Of a stretch of DNA of 64,000 nt, positions 49,996 through 60,452 are shown in pieces. The notes under the pieces were generated by a model. That model did not search any database and was not told where the DNA came from. It was given only the letters and a program-made list of their open reading frames with translations. Position numbers and translations under genes: made by a program. The number at the start of each line of letters is the position of its first letter. The first letter of the stretch is position 1. The stretch is from an uncultured Chloroflexia bacterium (GTDB taxonomy: Bacteria > Chloroflexota > Limnocylindria > QHBO01). The DNA is taken from contig CAWINH010000006.1 in the NCBI GenBank assembly GCA_963837425.1, positions 260,494 to 324,493 of the forward strand. The letters run 5' to 3'.

Positions 49996-50550
49996 CTAGC
50001 TGCCGAACTCCTCGGAGGGCGGCCCCTTCTCGCCGCCTTCCAGGTCGATCTCGAGCGAGTTGATGAACTCGCGGAAGACCTCGAGCCGCTCGTCGGAGAT
50101 CCCCGACTCGTCCTCGTGGTCGGGCTCAACCCCCGCCTCGTCGAGCACCCGCTCGTCGACGTAGATCGTGGAGCCGGTCCGGACCGCGACGGCGATCGCG
50201 TCCGAGGTTCGCGAGTCGATCTCCGTCTCGCCGCCGTCGGCCGTCTCGAGGTAGAGGCGAGCATGGAAGGTGCCGTCGGTGACGTGGGTGACGACGACCC
50301 GGCTGACGCTCGAATGCATGGCGCCGAGCACGCTGACCAGCAGGTCATGGGTCAGCGGCCGCTCGGCGGTGAGCCCCTGGAGCTTCATTGCGATCGCGTT
50401 CGCCTCTGACGGGCCGATCCAGATCGGGAGGTATCGGTCCCGCTCGGTCTCCTTGAGGATCACGACGTGCTGGCTCGAGAGCATATGGACGCGGACGCTC
50501 TCCACCACCATCTCGATCAACCGCACGCTCCCGAATGGCTGCTCGCCCAT
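49996..50550 (-). CDS. bifunctional nuclease family (DUF151) protein
   Basis: VVILKE..RYLPIWIG..EANAI, RPLTHDL, DGTFHA, IDSRTSDAIAVAVR. Confidence 0.9.
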   Translation of the reverse strand: MGEQPFGSVRLIEMVVESVRVHMLSSQHVVILKETERDRYLPIWIGPSEANAIAMKLQGLTAERPLTHDLLVSVLGAMHSSVSRVVVTHVTDGTFHARLYLETADGGETEIDSRTSDAIAVAVRTGSTIYVDERVLDEAGVEPDHEDESGISDERLEVFREFINSLEIDLEGGEKGPPSEEFGS

Positions 50551-50566
50551 GGACCGATTCTAGAGG

Positions 50567-52792
50567 CTACTCGAGGACGACGCGGACGACGCGATCGGGG
50601 GTCAGGAGGTAGGCAACCGGAGGCCCGTCGGCGACCGATGCGACGCTCATGGCCAGCACGTCGTCGAGCAGCCCGGACTCAGCCCCGCGGCGCGGCGCCA
50701 GCCACTGACGGACGAACGATCCGTCCGCGCGCTGGTAGCCGAGGATCCGCGCGTTTGCGGCGTCCCAGACGTAGAACATCTCGCGGTCCCCGATCGTCGC
50801 GCCGTCGAGGAGGCGGTAGTCGAGGTCGGGCCGCACCTCGGCGTCGGGTGGCGGATCGAGCCGGTAGTCGGCCTGCGCGAGCGGGCGGCCGAAGTTCACG
50901 CGCGTCAGCGTGTTCCGCTGGAGGAGCCAGAGGTTCGCGTCGACCAGCAGGTCGCGAGCGTCCACCACCGGGATGTCCGGGGCGTCAGTCAGGAACGAGG
51001 TCGGAGCCGACGGGTAGACGACCGGGACGTATCGGGCGTCGGGGGACCACTTGTCGATCGTTCCGCTGTCGCCGTCCACGAGGTACAGGTTGAAGATCTC
51101 CAGTGGAGGCCGATGCTGGAGCGCGGCGAGGAGGTGGCTCGCGCTGCCCACCGCGTCGAGGCCGGGCAGCGCCAGCGCCCGCGGCGTCTGCTCCCCGAGG
51201 TCGAAGCGCCAGGCCTGGTGCTGCCGATCGATGAGCACGACGTCGGTGGCGGCGGTGGCGATCATCCATGGCGCGCCGCCGGTCCCGCCCGAGAGGGCCT
51301 GCCCTGCGTGATAGACGACCGTCGCGGCGCCGGTGGCCGGATCGACGTGGATGACGCGACCACGGCCGGTGTCCGCGACCCACAGCGAGCCGTCGGTGGC
51401 GACCGCCATGTCGAGCGGGACGACGTCCTCGAAGGCGGACGACAGGTCCACGACCGTCGTCACCTCGCTGATGCGGGTGACCGCGTAGATCTCGTCGAGC
51501 CCGGCGTCGACGCGGACGCGGAGCGGCTCGAGATCGGAGGCCGCCACGCCGGCGTCGGTCGCCTGCCCGAGGGCGACGTACGCGTCGTTCAGCAGCTGCT
51601 TCGCGCGGTCGGGCGCGCGCGCGATCAGGTCGTTGCCACCCTGCGTCTGGCCTACCTGGGCCACGAGGTCCTGTGCCTGGGCGATCGCCGAGGCGGCAAC
51701 CTGGGCGCGTGGGATGGCGATCGTGGGCGGCACGCTCGGGAGCCGCGCAACCGACCAGCCGAACGCGAAGACGAGGGCCACCACGACCATGCCGAGCAGC
51801 CCGAAGCGCCGACGGCGTCCCTCTTCGACGACCGCGGTGCGGAGGACCTGGCGCGGATACTCCGGGCGCCGTCGCGGGACGAAGGCGAGGACGACGTTGA
51901 ACGCATAGAGGAGCGCTTGGCCGAGTGCCGCCTGCGCGCCGTCGATCGCGTCCGCGATGCGGTGCAGCCCGTGGCCGAGAGCATCCGCCAGCGGGACGGG
52001 GCTCTGGTCCGGGAGGCCGGCGAGGGGCTCGGCGGCGCGCACCGGCTCGAGCCGATGCGTGGTTGCGGTTGCCGGCAGCTCCACGATCTCGACGGCGAGA
52101 ACCCCCTCCGAGCCGTGCCCCCCGCGGATCTCGAACAGGTGCTGGAGGTGCTCGATGGCCGCCGCCGGCCGAAGTGTGGCGAAGGCATGCTTCAGCTCCT
52201 CGACCCCGGCCATTTGCGCGAGGTTGCGGCTGACGAGCGCCAGGATATCGCCGGCCGCGAGGTCGCCCTGCCAGGCGTACGGCTCGATCTCGAGCGCCTC
52301 GCCGAGCGTCGCCGCCACCCGCCGCTGGCGGACCCGGGGGTCCTCCTCATCGACGGCCGGCGGTGGGGGGAGCTCGAACATGCGCCCGTCGCGCACGATG
52401 ACGGCGGCGGCCGGCCCGAGCTTGGCGATGTGCGCCTGGCGGGCACGCACCACGAGCGCGATGATGCTGATACCGCCCCGCCGCGGGATCCCGAGCTTCG
52501 CGCGCTGGTGGAAGAGGCGTCGGTTCGCGATCCGCAGCGCATTCGTGAGCGCGCCGAGGGCGCCGGCCGACAGATCGTAGTAATAGTCGCGCTCGAGGGC
52601 CTCGAGAGCCTCTCGCGCCGCGCGGCCGAGCGCCGGATCCGCCCCGGTGATCTGTGCCAGCAGGAAGAGGCTGCCTTTCGTCCGCGCATCGGACCCGAGC
52701 TCGGGCTCGCGGAAGCGGACGACGTCGAGCGCGCCGGCAGGTCGCTCCTCCGGATCGGGGAGGCCAATGCGAGTTCCGAGACGGGTGCTCAT
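50567..52792 (-). CDS. membrane protein with degenerate PP2C-like N-domain, one TM and extracellular propeller-like domain
   Basis: KGSLFLLA, ALRIANRRL, GDILALVSRNL; TM FGLLGMVVVALVFAFGW; DGSLWVAD NHL-like repeat. Confidence 0.6.
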   Translation of the reverse strand: MSTRLGTRIGLPDPEERPAGALDVVRFREPELGSDARTKGSLFLLAQITGADPALGRAAREALEALERDYYYDLSAGALGALTNALRIANRRLFHQRAKLGIPRRGGISIIALVVRARQAHIAKLGPAAAVIVRDGRMFELPPPPAVDEEDPRVRQRRVAATLGEALEIEPYAWQGDLAAGDILALVSRNLAQMAGVEELKHAFATLRPAAAIEHLQHLFEIRGGHGSEGVLAVEIVELPATATTHRLEPVRAAEPLAGLPDQSPVPLADALGHGLHRIADAIDGAQAALGQALLYAFNVVLAFVPRRRPEYPRQVLRTAVVEEGRRRRFGLLGMVVVALVFAFGWSVARLPSVPPTIAIPRAQVAASAIAQAQDLVAQVGQTQGGNDLIARAPDRAKQLLNDAYVALGQATDAGVAASDLEPLRVRVDAGLDEIYAVTRISEVTTVVDLSSAFEDVVPLDMAVATDGSLWVADTGRGRVIHVDPATGAATVVYHAGQALSGGTGGAPWMIATAATDVVLIDRQHQAWRFDLGEQTPRALALPGLDAVGSASHLLAALQHRPPLEIFNLYLVDGDSGTIDKWSPDARYVPVVYPSAPTSFLTDAPDIPVVDARDLLVDANLWLLQRNTLTRVNFGRPLAQADYRLDPPPDAEVRPDLDYRLLDGATIGDREMFYVWDAANARILGYQRADGSFVRQWLAPRRGAESGLLDDVLAMSVASVADGPPVAYLLTPDRVVRVVLE

Positions 52793-52831
52793 GGGTTTCG
52801 CGTCCGGTTCGGGCAGCTCAGGTCCCGTCGA

Positions 52832-53185
52832 TTATAGGGAGCCGGCCCTCCGGTCTCGACCAACCGATATGGCCACTGCACGGAGCTCGATGGTCGCCCC
52901 CGGCCGGTCGCGCATCCGTTCGTTGACCGCCGCCAGGAGGTGCGGGGAGCGCAACCGCAGCTCCTGGGCGAGGATCGGCTCTGAGGCCTCCACCTGCGCC
53001 GTCCCGTTCGCCACCCTGAGCAGCCGGCTGTGGAGCCCCCCGCGCTCGAGGCCCGCCTCGTCCACCGTCTCGGCCCACGCCAGCCGCGCCTGGGCAAGTG
53101 CCAGCTGTTCCGCCGCGCCAGGTCCCCCGCATGCCAGCAGCGCTCGCTGGACGGCCTCCGCCGCCTCTTCCGGACGGCCTGCCAC
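52832..53185 (-). CDS. dciA: DciA/DUF721-family protein
   Basis: LAWAETV..., GTAQVEA....AQELRLRSPHLLAAVNE; directly downstream of recF. Confidence 0.7.
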   Translation of the reverse strand: MAGRPEEAAEAVQRALLACGGPGAAEQLALAQARLAWAETVDEAGLERGGLHSRLLRVANGTAQVEASEPILAQELRLRSPHLLAAVNERMRDRPGATIELRAVAISVGRDRRAGSL

Positions 53186-53188
53186 GGC

Positions 53189-54385
53189 TCAGGCGACCCG
53201 CGGGGTGCGGGTCAGGGCGCCCTCGCCGACCTGCCAGATCGGCACGCCGCGGCGCCGCGTGGCCGGAAGGGCGGCCGGATCGGCCATCGTGACCAGCACC
53301 TGGCCGCGATCCAGGAGCAGGGCGAGGGCCCGCTCGGATCTCGCGGGGTCGAGCTCGCTGAAGATGTCGTCGAGCAGCACGATCGGTGGGGGGGCGCCAT
53401 CGGCGGCGAGCAGCTCGCGCTCGGCGAGCTTGAGGGCCAGGATGATCGTCCGCTGCTGCCCGCGGCTGGCATGCGCGGCGACGTCCACCCCGTGCAGCGA
53501 GACGCTCAGGTCGTCCCGCTGCGGCCCGACCAGGCTCACCCCGTTCCACAGCTCCTTCTGGCGCAGGTCGACGAGCCGGCGAGCGAAGGCCTCCGCCAGC
53601 TCGTCGGCGAGCTCCGGCCCGGAGCCGATCCGTGTGGCGGCGGCGCGACGTTCCTCCGGCCACGCCGCCTTCAGCGTGTCGATGTACGAGAGCTCGACGT
53701 CGTGGCCCCGCTCGTCGGGCGGCGCCACCGCCTCGTGCAGCTCGCCGATCCGCTCGCCGAGATCGGCGATGAGCCGGAGCCGGGCGGCCATGACCCGCGA
53801 CCCCACCTCGGCGAGCTGCTCGTCCCAGAAGGGGAGCCCGTCCACCGACGCCTCCTCGCGACGAATCGCGCGGAGCAGCGCGTTGCGCTGCGACAGGACG
53901 CGCGCCAGGCTCGCGAGGTCCCGCGCTGCGCGACGATCGCGCTGCGCGACGATCGCGTCGAGGAATCGGCGGCGCTCCCCGGGCGAGCCAACGAGCAGCA
54001 GCATCTCCTCCGGCCTGAAGAGGACGGTGCGCGCCGTCTCGGAGACCGACGCCGGGCGGCGTGCGAGGCCGTTGAGCTGGAGCCGCTTCCGCACCTCGGG
54101 CGGGGCGTCGACTCCCGGGAGCAGCAGCTCGATCTGCGCCGATTCGCGGCCGACGGCGTCGGCGAGGTCAAGGTGCACGCGGGCGAAGGGCCGACCGTGG
54201 CGCACCAGCTCCGCGTCGGACGCGGCCCGCGGCGAGCGGCCGGTGATCGCGACCTGCACCGCCTCGAGGAGGTTCGTCTTGCCGGCCCCGTTCGGGCCGG
54301 CAACGATCGTCAGCCCGGGATCAGGATGGAGCTCCGCCGCCGGATACGAGCGAAAGTCGCTGAGGGCCAGGCGGGTCAGGCGCAC
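53189..54385 (-). CDS. recF: DNA replication/repair protein RecF
   Basis: LSDFRSY, GPNGAGKTNLLEA, RRRFLD, GPQRDDL, ASRGQQR, LLDDIFSELD. Confidence 0.96.
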   Translation of the reverse strand: MRLTRLALSDFRSYPAAELHPDPGLTIVAGPNGAGKTNLLEAVQVAITGRSPRAASDAELVRHGRPFARVHLDLADAVGRESAQIELLLPGVDAPPEVRKRLQLNGLARRPASVSETARTVLFRPEEMLLLVGSPGERRRFLDAIVAQRDRRAARDLASLARVLSQRNALLRAIRREEASVDGLPFWDEQLAEVGSRVMAARLRLIADLGERIGELHEAVAPPDERGHDVELSYIDTLKAAWPEERRAAATRIGSGPELADELAEAFARRLVDLRQKELWNGVSLVGPQRDDLSVSLHGVDVAAHASRGQQRTIILALKLAERELLAADGAPPPIVLLDDIFSELDPARSERALALLLDRGQVLVTMADPAALPATRRRGVPIWQVGEGALTRTPRVA

Positions 54386-54401
54386 ATCGGTCCATGCCCC
54401 G

Positions 54402-55526
54402 CTACGAGGCCGTCCGTACCGGCATGATGACGTGGACGTAGTCGTCCTTGCCGACGCCGCGCACCACGCCCGGCGCCAGGGGCCCGGAGAGCTCGAGCGC
54501 GGCTTCATCGGCCCCGAGGTTGGAGAGGACGTCGATGAGGTAGCGCGCGTTGAACGCGATCGCGGTCGGCTGGCCGTCGACGCTGGCCTCGAGCGTGTCC
54601 GCGTTGTCGCCGACGTCGGCCGCGTGGGCGGTGATCGCCACGCCGTCGCCGGCATCCCCCCCGAGCTCGATCTTGATGATGTTCGCCGAGTCACGGGCGA
54701 AGATGCTCGCCCGTCGCGCGCCGGCCAGGAATGCCTCGCGGTCGAGGACCGCCCGGCTCCCGTGCCCGGTCGGGATGACCGGCTCGTAGTTCGGGAACTG
54801 GCCCTCGATGAGCCGGCTCACGAGGTCGATCCCCTCGACGTGGAAGAGGACCTGGCTCTTGTTCGGGGTCACCGTGATCTCGATGGGTTCCTCGGCATCG
54901 GGCAGGATCCTCATCAGCTCCGCGTACGAGCGCGCCGGCACGACGATCGTCATCTCCGGGGCGACCGCCTTGCCCAGGGTCAGGGTCCGAACCGCGATCC
55001 GGTAGTTGTCCGCGGCGGCCAGGGTCATCTCGTCACCGCCGAACCTGGTGAGCACCCCGGTGAGGATCGGCCGGCTCTCGTCGGTGGCGGCGGCGAAGAC
55101 GACCTCGCCGAGCGCGTCGCGCAGCGCCCGGGCGTCGACCGTGGTCGCCGGCGCGTCGCCGATCGCGGCCACGACCGGAAACTCGTCGGCATCGATTCCC
55201 TTGATGCTCGATCGGCTCCCGCCGCAGGTCACCTTCAGGGTGCGGTCCTTCGGAGAGAGCTCGAGTTCGATCTTCTGGTTCGGGAGCGAGGAGACAAGGT
55301 CGGTGATGAGCTTGGCCGGGACGGTGATGTCCCCCTCGGAATCGACCTTGCCGGGGACCCAGCAGTTGATCCCGATCTCGAGGTTCGTGGCGGTCAGCTT
55401 CAGCCCGCTGTTCTCCGTCTTGACCAGGACGTTGGCCAGCACCGGCAGCGTTGCCCTGCTGCTCACCGCCCGGCTCACGACACCGAGTCCGCGTGCCAGG
55501 TTCTCCTGCATGACGGATGCCTTCAT
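54402..55526 (-). CDS. dnaN: DNA polymerase III beta clamp
   Basis: LPVLANVL, ATNLE, RPILTG, AADNYR, SRLIEGQFPNY, FNARY, VIMPVR. Confidence 0.97.
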   Translation of the reverse strand: MKASVMQENLARGLGVVSRAVSSRATLPVLANVLVKTENSGLKLTATNLEIGINCWVPGKVDSEGDITVPAKLITDLVSSLPNQKIELELSPKDRTLKVTCGGSRSSIKGIDADEFPVVAAIGDAPATTVDARALRDALGEVVFAAATDESRPILTGVLTRFGGDEMTLAAADNYRIAVRTLTLGKAVAPEMTIVVPARSYAELMRILPDAEEPIEITVTPNKSQVLFHVEGIDLVSRLIEGQFPNYEPVIPTGHGSRAVLDREAFLAGARRASIFARDSANIIKIELGGDAGDGVAITAHAADVGDNADTLEASVDGQPTAIAFNARYLIDVLSNLGADEAALELSGPLAPGVVRGVGKDDYVHVIMPVRTAS

Positions 55527-55529
55527 TCC

Positions 55530-55841
55530 GACCTCACCTCCGGAGGATGTCCACGAGCGCACGCGGTACGAACGATCACAGAAAAGAATACTAAGTTCGT
55601 AGTCCCTCTCTCGTAGGGGTGTTGATGTTGTGGACGAACCGATGCCACGGAGCACGCTGGCCCTGGTTTGCCCTGCGGACAACCGGCGCCCGCCCGGTGG
55701 ATTCGGCCGTCTTCAGTTCGGGTATATGGTGGATGGCCGCCCGCGTCCTGTGGATGGCCGACCGTTGGATTCCGCCGCCCCGGTGCCATATCTCCACCGC
55801 CGACCGCCGCCTGTCCACACTCCGGGCCGCGGTCTCGTCGT
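55530..55841. other. chromosomal replication origin (oriC) between dnaA and dnaN
   Basis: Several DnaA-box-like 9-mers (TGTGGACGA 55629, TGCGGACAA ~55674, TGTGGATGG ~55749, CTGTCCACA 55811) and an AT-rich patch at ~55578-55600. Confidence 0.75.
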
Positions 55842-57182
55842 TCACTCCGAGTAGATCATCTCCCGCACCGCGCTGATCTCGCGGCGCATCTCGTCGTTCT
55901 CTGCCAGCTCGCGAGCGATCTTGTCGCACGCGTGGAGCACGGTGGAGTGGTCACGGCCGCCGAGCTCGGCGCCGATGCGCAGCAGGGAGATGTCCGTCTC
56001 CTCACGGATCAGGAACATCGCGATCTGGCGCGGCACGACGATCGCCTTGTCCCGCTTGGAGCTGCGCAGCTGATCGAGATTGACCCCGTAGTAGTCGGCC
56101 ACCGCGCGCACGATGCGCTGCGGGGTGATCGACCGCTTCTTCGGGTTGTACATCACGTTCGAGAGGACCGCGCTGGCCAGCTCATTGTTGATGGGCATCC
56201 CGGACATGCTCGCGTAGGCGATGACCCGGTTCAGCGCGCCCTCGAGCTCGCGGACGTTGCTCACCACCTTGCGGGCGATGAACTCGATCACTTCGGCGGG
56301 AATCAGGTTCAGCTGGTCCTCCGCCTTCGAGCGCAGGATCGCGATCCGGGTCTCGAGGTCAGGCGGGGTGAGGTCGGCGATCAGCCCCCACTCGAAGCGG
56401 GAGCGGAGTCGCTCCTCGAGCGTCGTGATCGCCTTTGGCGGGCGGTCGGAGGAGAGGACGATCTGCTTGCCGGCCTCGTGGATCGCGTTGAAGGTGTGGA
56501 AGAACTCCTCCTGGGTCCGCTCCCGCTCGGCGATGAACTGGATGTCGTCGATGAGAAGGACGTCGATGCGCCGGTATCGGCTCCGGAAGTCCTCCATCTT
56601 CTGCTCGCGGATCGAGTTGATGAAGTCGTTCGTGAACTTCTCGCTCGTGGCGTACAGGATCCGCTTGCGCGGGAACTTGGCGGCCACCGCGTTGCCGAGC
56701 GCGTGCATGAGGTGCGTCTTGCCGAGGCCCACCCCGCCGTACAGGAAGAGCGGGTTGTAGGCGTGCCCCGGCCGCTCGGCGACCGAGAGGGCGGCCGCGT
56801 GCGCGAGGCGGTTCGCACTGCCCACGATGAAGTTGCTGAACGTGTAGCGGCTGTTGAGGTTGACGGTGTTCCCGCCGGCCGATGCGGGCGGCGGCGCCAG
56901 GCTGTCCTCGTCCGCCTGGTCGGGCGCCGGGCCGGGCGCATCGGTGACGACGAACTCGACCTGGACCGATCCGCCCACCACGCGAGCCAGGGTCTGGCTC
57001 ACCAGGGTGCGGTAGCGGTTGTCCAGCCAGTCCCGCGCGAACGGGTTCGGGGCGGCGATGCGAAACCGGTGTTCGTCGATCTCGACGAGGGTGGTGTCCT
57101 TCAGCCAGGTCTCGAAGTTGGCGGGTGAGAGGCTGACCTGCAGCTCGCCGAGGACGGCACGCCATACCTGCTTCGCATCCAT
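55842..57182 (-). CDS. dnaA: chromosomal replication initiator DnaA
   Basis: LNSRYTF..F.VG..N, YNPLFLYGGVGLGKTHL, LLIDDIQF, RLRSRFEWG, GGRDHSTV. Confidence 0.98.
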   Translation of the reverse strand: MDAKQVWRAVLGELQVSLSPANFETWLKDTTLVEIDEHRFRIAAPNPFARDWLDNRYRTLVSQTLARVVGGSVQVEFVVTDAPGPAPDQADEDSLAPPPASAGGNTVNLNSRYTFSNFIVGSANRLAHAAALSVAERPGHAYNPLFLYGGVGLGKTHLMHALGNAVAAKFPRKRILYATSEKFTNDFINSIREQKMEDFRSRYRRIDVLLIDDIQFIAERERTQEEFFHTFNAIHEAGKQIVLSSDRPPKAITTLEERLRSRFEWGLIADLTPPDLETRIAILRSKAEDQLNLIPAEVIEFIARKVVSNVRELEGALNRVIAYASMSGMPINNELASAVLSNVMYNPKKRSITPQRIVRAVADYYGVNLDQLRSSKRDKAIVVPRQIAMFLIREETDISLLRIGAELGGRDHSTVLHACDKIARELAENDEMRREISAVREMIYSE

Positions 57183-57426
57183 CAATCGCCGTCTCCGCAT
57201 CCTGCCGGGTGGGCCTAATCGGGGTCGGATCAGTCCGCCTCCGGGCCGCACAATCCCGGCGATGTGGGAGTTGGCCTCGGGGGTCCCGGCAGTGTAGCAG
57301 CCCCCCTCCGGACCCGGCAACGGAAATCGCGAGTTGGGCGCCGTTCGCCTGTCCGATGTGCTCCCCTGGCGCACAGATCCGCCGGTTCTGCCCCGGCCAG
57401 GCACCAGGCAACGGCACCCTCCAGGT

Positions 57427-57457
57427 TTGACACCCCGAATCGGGCGTCTGGTAGAAT
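57427..57457 (+). promoter_or_regulatory. rpmH promoter
   Basis: TTGACA-19 nt-TAGAAT with an extended TGn element. Confidence 0.55.
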
Positions 57458-57590
57458 CCCGCGCAGAGCGAGAAGGGCCGAGGAACGGCTATCGCGTGAG
57501 GCTGGCGCGAAACGCCAGCCGTTCGTGTGTTTTGCACCATGACAGGAATGGCCCGGATCGCCCTCGCTGAACGAGGTTGAGCACGCACCG

Positions 57591-57725
57591 ATGAAGAGAA
57601 CGTACCAGCCCAAGAAGCGCGCACGGAAGCGCGAACACGGCTTCCGGGCCCGCATGGCTTCGAAGGGCGGTCGGCGGGTGCTCGCCAGACGTCGCGCGAA
57701 GGGGCGCAAGCGGCTCACTGCCTGA
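57591..57725 (+). CDS. rpmH: 50S ribosomal protein L34 (not in the ORF track)
   Basis: Hand translation [44 protein letters not shown]. Confidence 0.97.
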   Translation: MKRTYQPKKRARKREHGFRARMASKGGRRVLARRRAKGRKRLTA

Positions 57726-57741
57726 GCGTGCGAGGCGCGAG

Positions 57742-58077
57742 GTGCCTGCCTTCCCGATCCTTCGGCGCAAGGCGGACTTCGACGCAATCGCGCGCGACGG
57801 AACCGCCCGCTCGACCCGGCTGCTGGTGCTGCGATCGCGGCGCACCGACCGGCCGGAGACGCGGATCGGCATGAGCACGCCTCGATCGCTCGGCGGGGCC
57901 GTCCAGCGGAATCGGGTCCGGCGCCGGCTGCGCGCGCTGATGCGCGAACGCGTCGACGAGATTGGAGCGGGATGGGACCTGCTCCTCATCGCGCGACCGG
58001 AGGCGGCGACGGCAGGCTACGCGGAACTCCGCGACGCAGTGCGATCGCTCCTGGAGCGATCAGGGATCGGTGGATGA
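57742..58077 (+). CDS. rnpA: ribonuclease P protein component
   Basis: [26 protein letters not shown]. Confidence 0.93.
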   Translation: MPAFPILRRKADFDAIARDGTARSTRLLVLRSRRTDRPETRIGMSTPRSLGGAVQRNRVRRRLRALMRERVDEIGAGWDLLLIARPEAATAGYAELRDAVRSLLERSGIGG

Positions 58078-58295
58078 AGCTCATCGGGATGGGAATGATC
58101 CGGGCGTACCAGAAGCTCACCTTCTGGATGCCGCCGTCCTGCCGCTACACGCCGAGCTGCTCCGAGTACACCTACACCGCCATCGCCCGCTTCGGGCTGC
58201 TGCGCGGCGCGTGGATGGGAGCCCGCCGCATCGGCCGATGCCACCCGCTCCACCCGGGCGGCTACGACCCGGTCCCCGAGCGCGAACGGGCCTGA
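58074..58295 (+). CDS. yidD: membrane protein insertion efficiency factor
   Basis: [27 protein letters not shown]. Confidence 0.95.
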   Translation: MKLIGMGMIRAYQKLTFWMPPSCRYTPSCSEYTYTAIARFGLLRGAWMGARRIGRCHPLHPGGYDPVPERERA

Positions 58296-58302
58296 GGGAC
58301 AC

Positions 58303-59436
58303 ATGCACCCGATCGTCGCCGCCGGCTTCTGGGGGATCGAGCACTTCACGCCGCCCTGGGACGTCTTCTACCTCCCCCTCTTCAACCTGCTGATCCTCGC
58401 CTACAAGCTGCTCTTCAACGACTTCGCGCTCGCGATCATCGTCTTCACCATCGTGGTGCGCACCATCCTGGCGCCGCTCTTCGTGCGCCAGATCCGCTCG
58501 CAGAAGGAGATGCAGCGGATGCAGCCGCTGCTCCGCGAGGTGCAGCGCAAGCACAAGGGCAATCGGCAGAAGATCGCCGAGGAGCAGCAGGCGCTCTACC
58601 GCGAGCACGGCGTGAACCCGGCGGCCGGCTGCCTGCCGCTGGTGCTCCAGCTGCCGCTGCTGTTCGCCCTCTACCAGGCGCTGATCCGCGCGTCGAACCT
58701 CGTGACGCTGAGCGCGTCGGACGCTACATCGCAGGCTTTCGCCGATCTGCAGGCCAGCCTGCCGGGCATCACGAAGATAGACGCCACCCACTTCACGGCG
58801 CCGATCTCCGGACCGTGCACCCTGCCGCAATTCAGCACCGGGACGTTCTCGCACTTCCTCCCGCTGAACTGCCAGATCATCGATCCGCTGCACCTGGCTG
58901 CGACCATCAACACGAAGGTGAGCTGGCTCTTCGGGCTGGACCTGGCCCTGCCGGACCGCACCTTCGCGCTCGTGGTCGGTGGCTTCGGGATCTCGGCAAT
59001 CGCGCTCATCGCCGCGGGGCTGCAGTTCGTGCAGGTCCGCATGACGAGCCCGCGGCCGAACCCGGACGACCCGACGGCGGCCACGTCGAGCACGATGACC
59101 TACCTGTTCCCGCTGATGACGATCTTCTGGGGCGGACTCTTCGCGAGTGGCCTGATCCTCTACTGGGCCATCTACACCGCCTTCCTGATCGGTCACCAGT
59201 ACCTGATCATGGGCTGGGGCAACCTGTTCCCGCTCTTCGGATGGCAGCCCCGCTGGGCGCCTCCCCCGGACGATGCACTCCCGTCGAAGCGGCGCGCGGC
59301 CGAGACTCCGCGCGATGAGCCGCAGCGCTCGCGGGAACCGTCCCAGCCCTCAACCCCATCATCCGGCGGCGCGGGCGGAGGCCGCCCGAAGCAGCGCCCG
59401 CCGGGACAGAGAAGACGACGAGGCCGAAGAAGATGA
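58303..59436 (+). CDS. yidC: membrane protein insertase YidC
   Basis: AIIVFTIVVR, MQP, LYREHGVNPAAGCLPLVLQLP, GLILYW. Confidence 0.95.
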   Translation: MHPIVAAGFWGIEHFTPPWDVFYLPLFNLLILAYKLLFNDFALAIIVFTIVVRTILAPLFVRQIRSQKEMQRMQPLLREVQRKHKGNRQKIAEEQQALYREHGVNPAAGCLPLVLQLPLLFALYQALIRASNLVTLSASDATSQAFADLQASLPGITKIDATHFTAPISGPCTLPQFSTGTFSHFLPLNCQIIDPLHLAATINTKVSWLFGLDLALPDRTFALVVGGFGISAIALIAAGLQFVQVRMTSPRPNPDDPTAATSSTMTYLFPLMTIFWGGLFASGLILYWAIYTAFLIGHQYLIMGWGNLFPLFGWQPRWAPPPDDALPSKRRAAETPRDEPQRSREPSQPSTPSSGGAGGGRPKQRPPGQRRRRGRRR

Positions 59437-60427
59437 CTTTCCGCGAGTTCAGCGGCAGGAACGTCGAAGAGGCGATCCGCGCCGCAATGAAGGAGTTCGA
59501 CGCCGACCTGTCGGACCTCGACATCGAGATCATGGCCCAGGGCAGCCGAGGGATCCTCGGCGTGGGCGGCGAGGAGGCCCGCATCCTGGCCGCGCCGAAG
59601 TCGGCGATCGCGGCCGCCGAGACGGTCCGCGTCCCGGAGACGCCCACCGAAGTGAAGCCGCCAGCCGGGGAGAAGACCCGCGCCGGCGACGTGGCCGAAG
59701 AAGTCGCCGAGGCCGCCGCGAAGACGACGGAGCGAGCCGCGCCGACGAGGCAACCGCCGACGAGGGCGTGAGCGGGGCGGACGACCAGGTCGTGGAGCTG
59801 ACGCGCGCCGAGGAACACCGGGGCCGGACGCGAGGTGGGCGCGGGCGCGGCGGTCGGACACATGATCGCGCGCCGCGCGGGCCACGTCCGGAGCGTGAGC
59901 CCCGCACCGAGCGAGAGCCGGTTCCGTTCATCCCCGCCAAGCCGCTCGAGGAGCTCTCCGAGAAGGAGCGCGCTGTGCTCGAGGAGGCGAAGGCCGTGCT
60001 CGAGGAACTGCTCCGGCTCCTCGAGCTGAGCGGCACGGTGGAGATCGGGATCGGCACCGAGAGCGCCAAGCTCAATGTGAAGGGGGACGACCTGGGGGTC
60101 CTCATCGGGCGGCGCGGCGAGAAGCTCGCCAGCCTCCAGCACCTCGTCAACCTCATCGTGGCCAAGAGCCAGGGCCAGTGGAACCGGATCGTGGTGGACG
60201 TCGAGAACTATCGCGGCCGCCGCGAGGAGATGCTGCGTGACGTCGCCGAGCGCGCCGCCAAGCGCGTGTCACAGAGCGGCAAGATCCTCCAGCTGGAGCC
60301 GATGCCGGCGATCGAGCGTCGGATCATCCACCTCGCACTCGTCGAGAACCCCCGGGTGCGCACCCAGAGCGTGGGGGTCGAGCCCAGCCGCCGGGTCGTC
60401 ATCCTTCCTGCCAGCAGGGTCGACTGA
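59433..60427 (+). CDS. jag: Jag/KhpB RNA-binding protein (frameshift at ~59720)
   Basis: Jag_N GRNVEEAI..GSRGILG in one frame; KH LIGRRG and R3H ERRIIH in another. Confidence 0.9.
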
Positions 60428-60452
60428 GGCACGGATCCCGAGTCTCGCTTCA

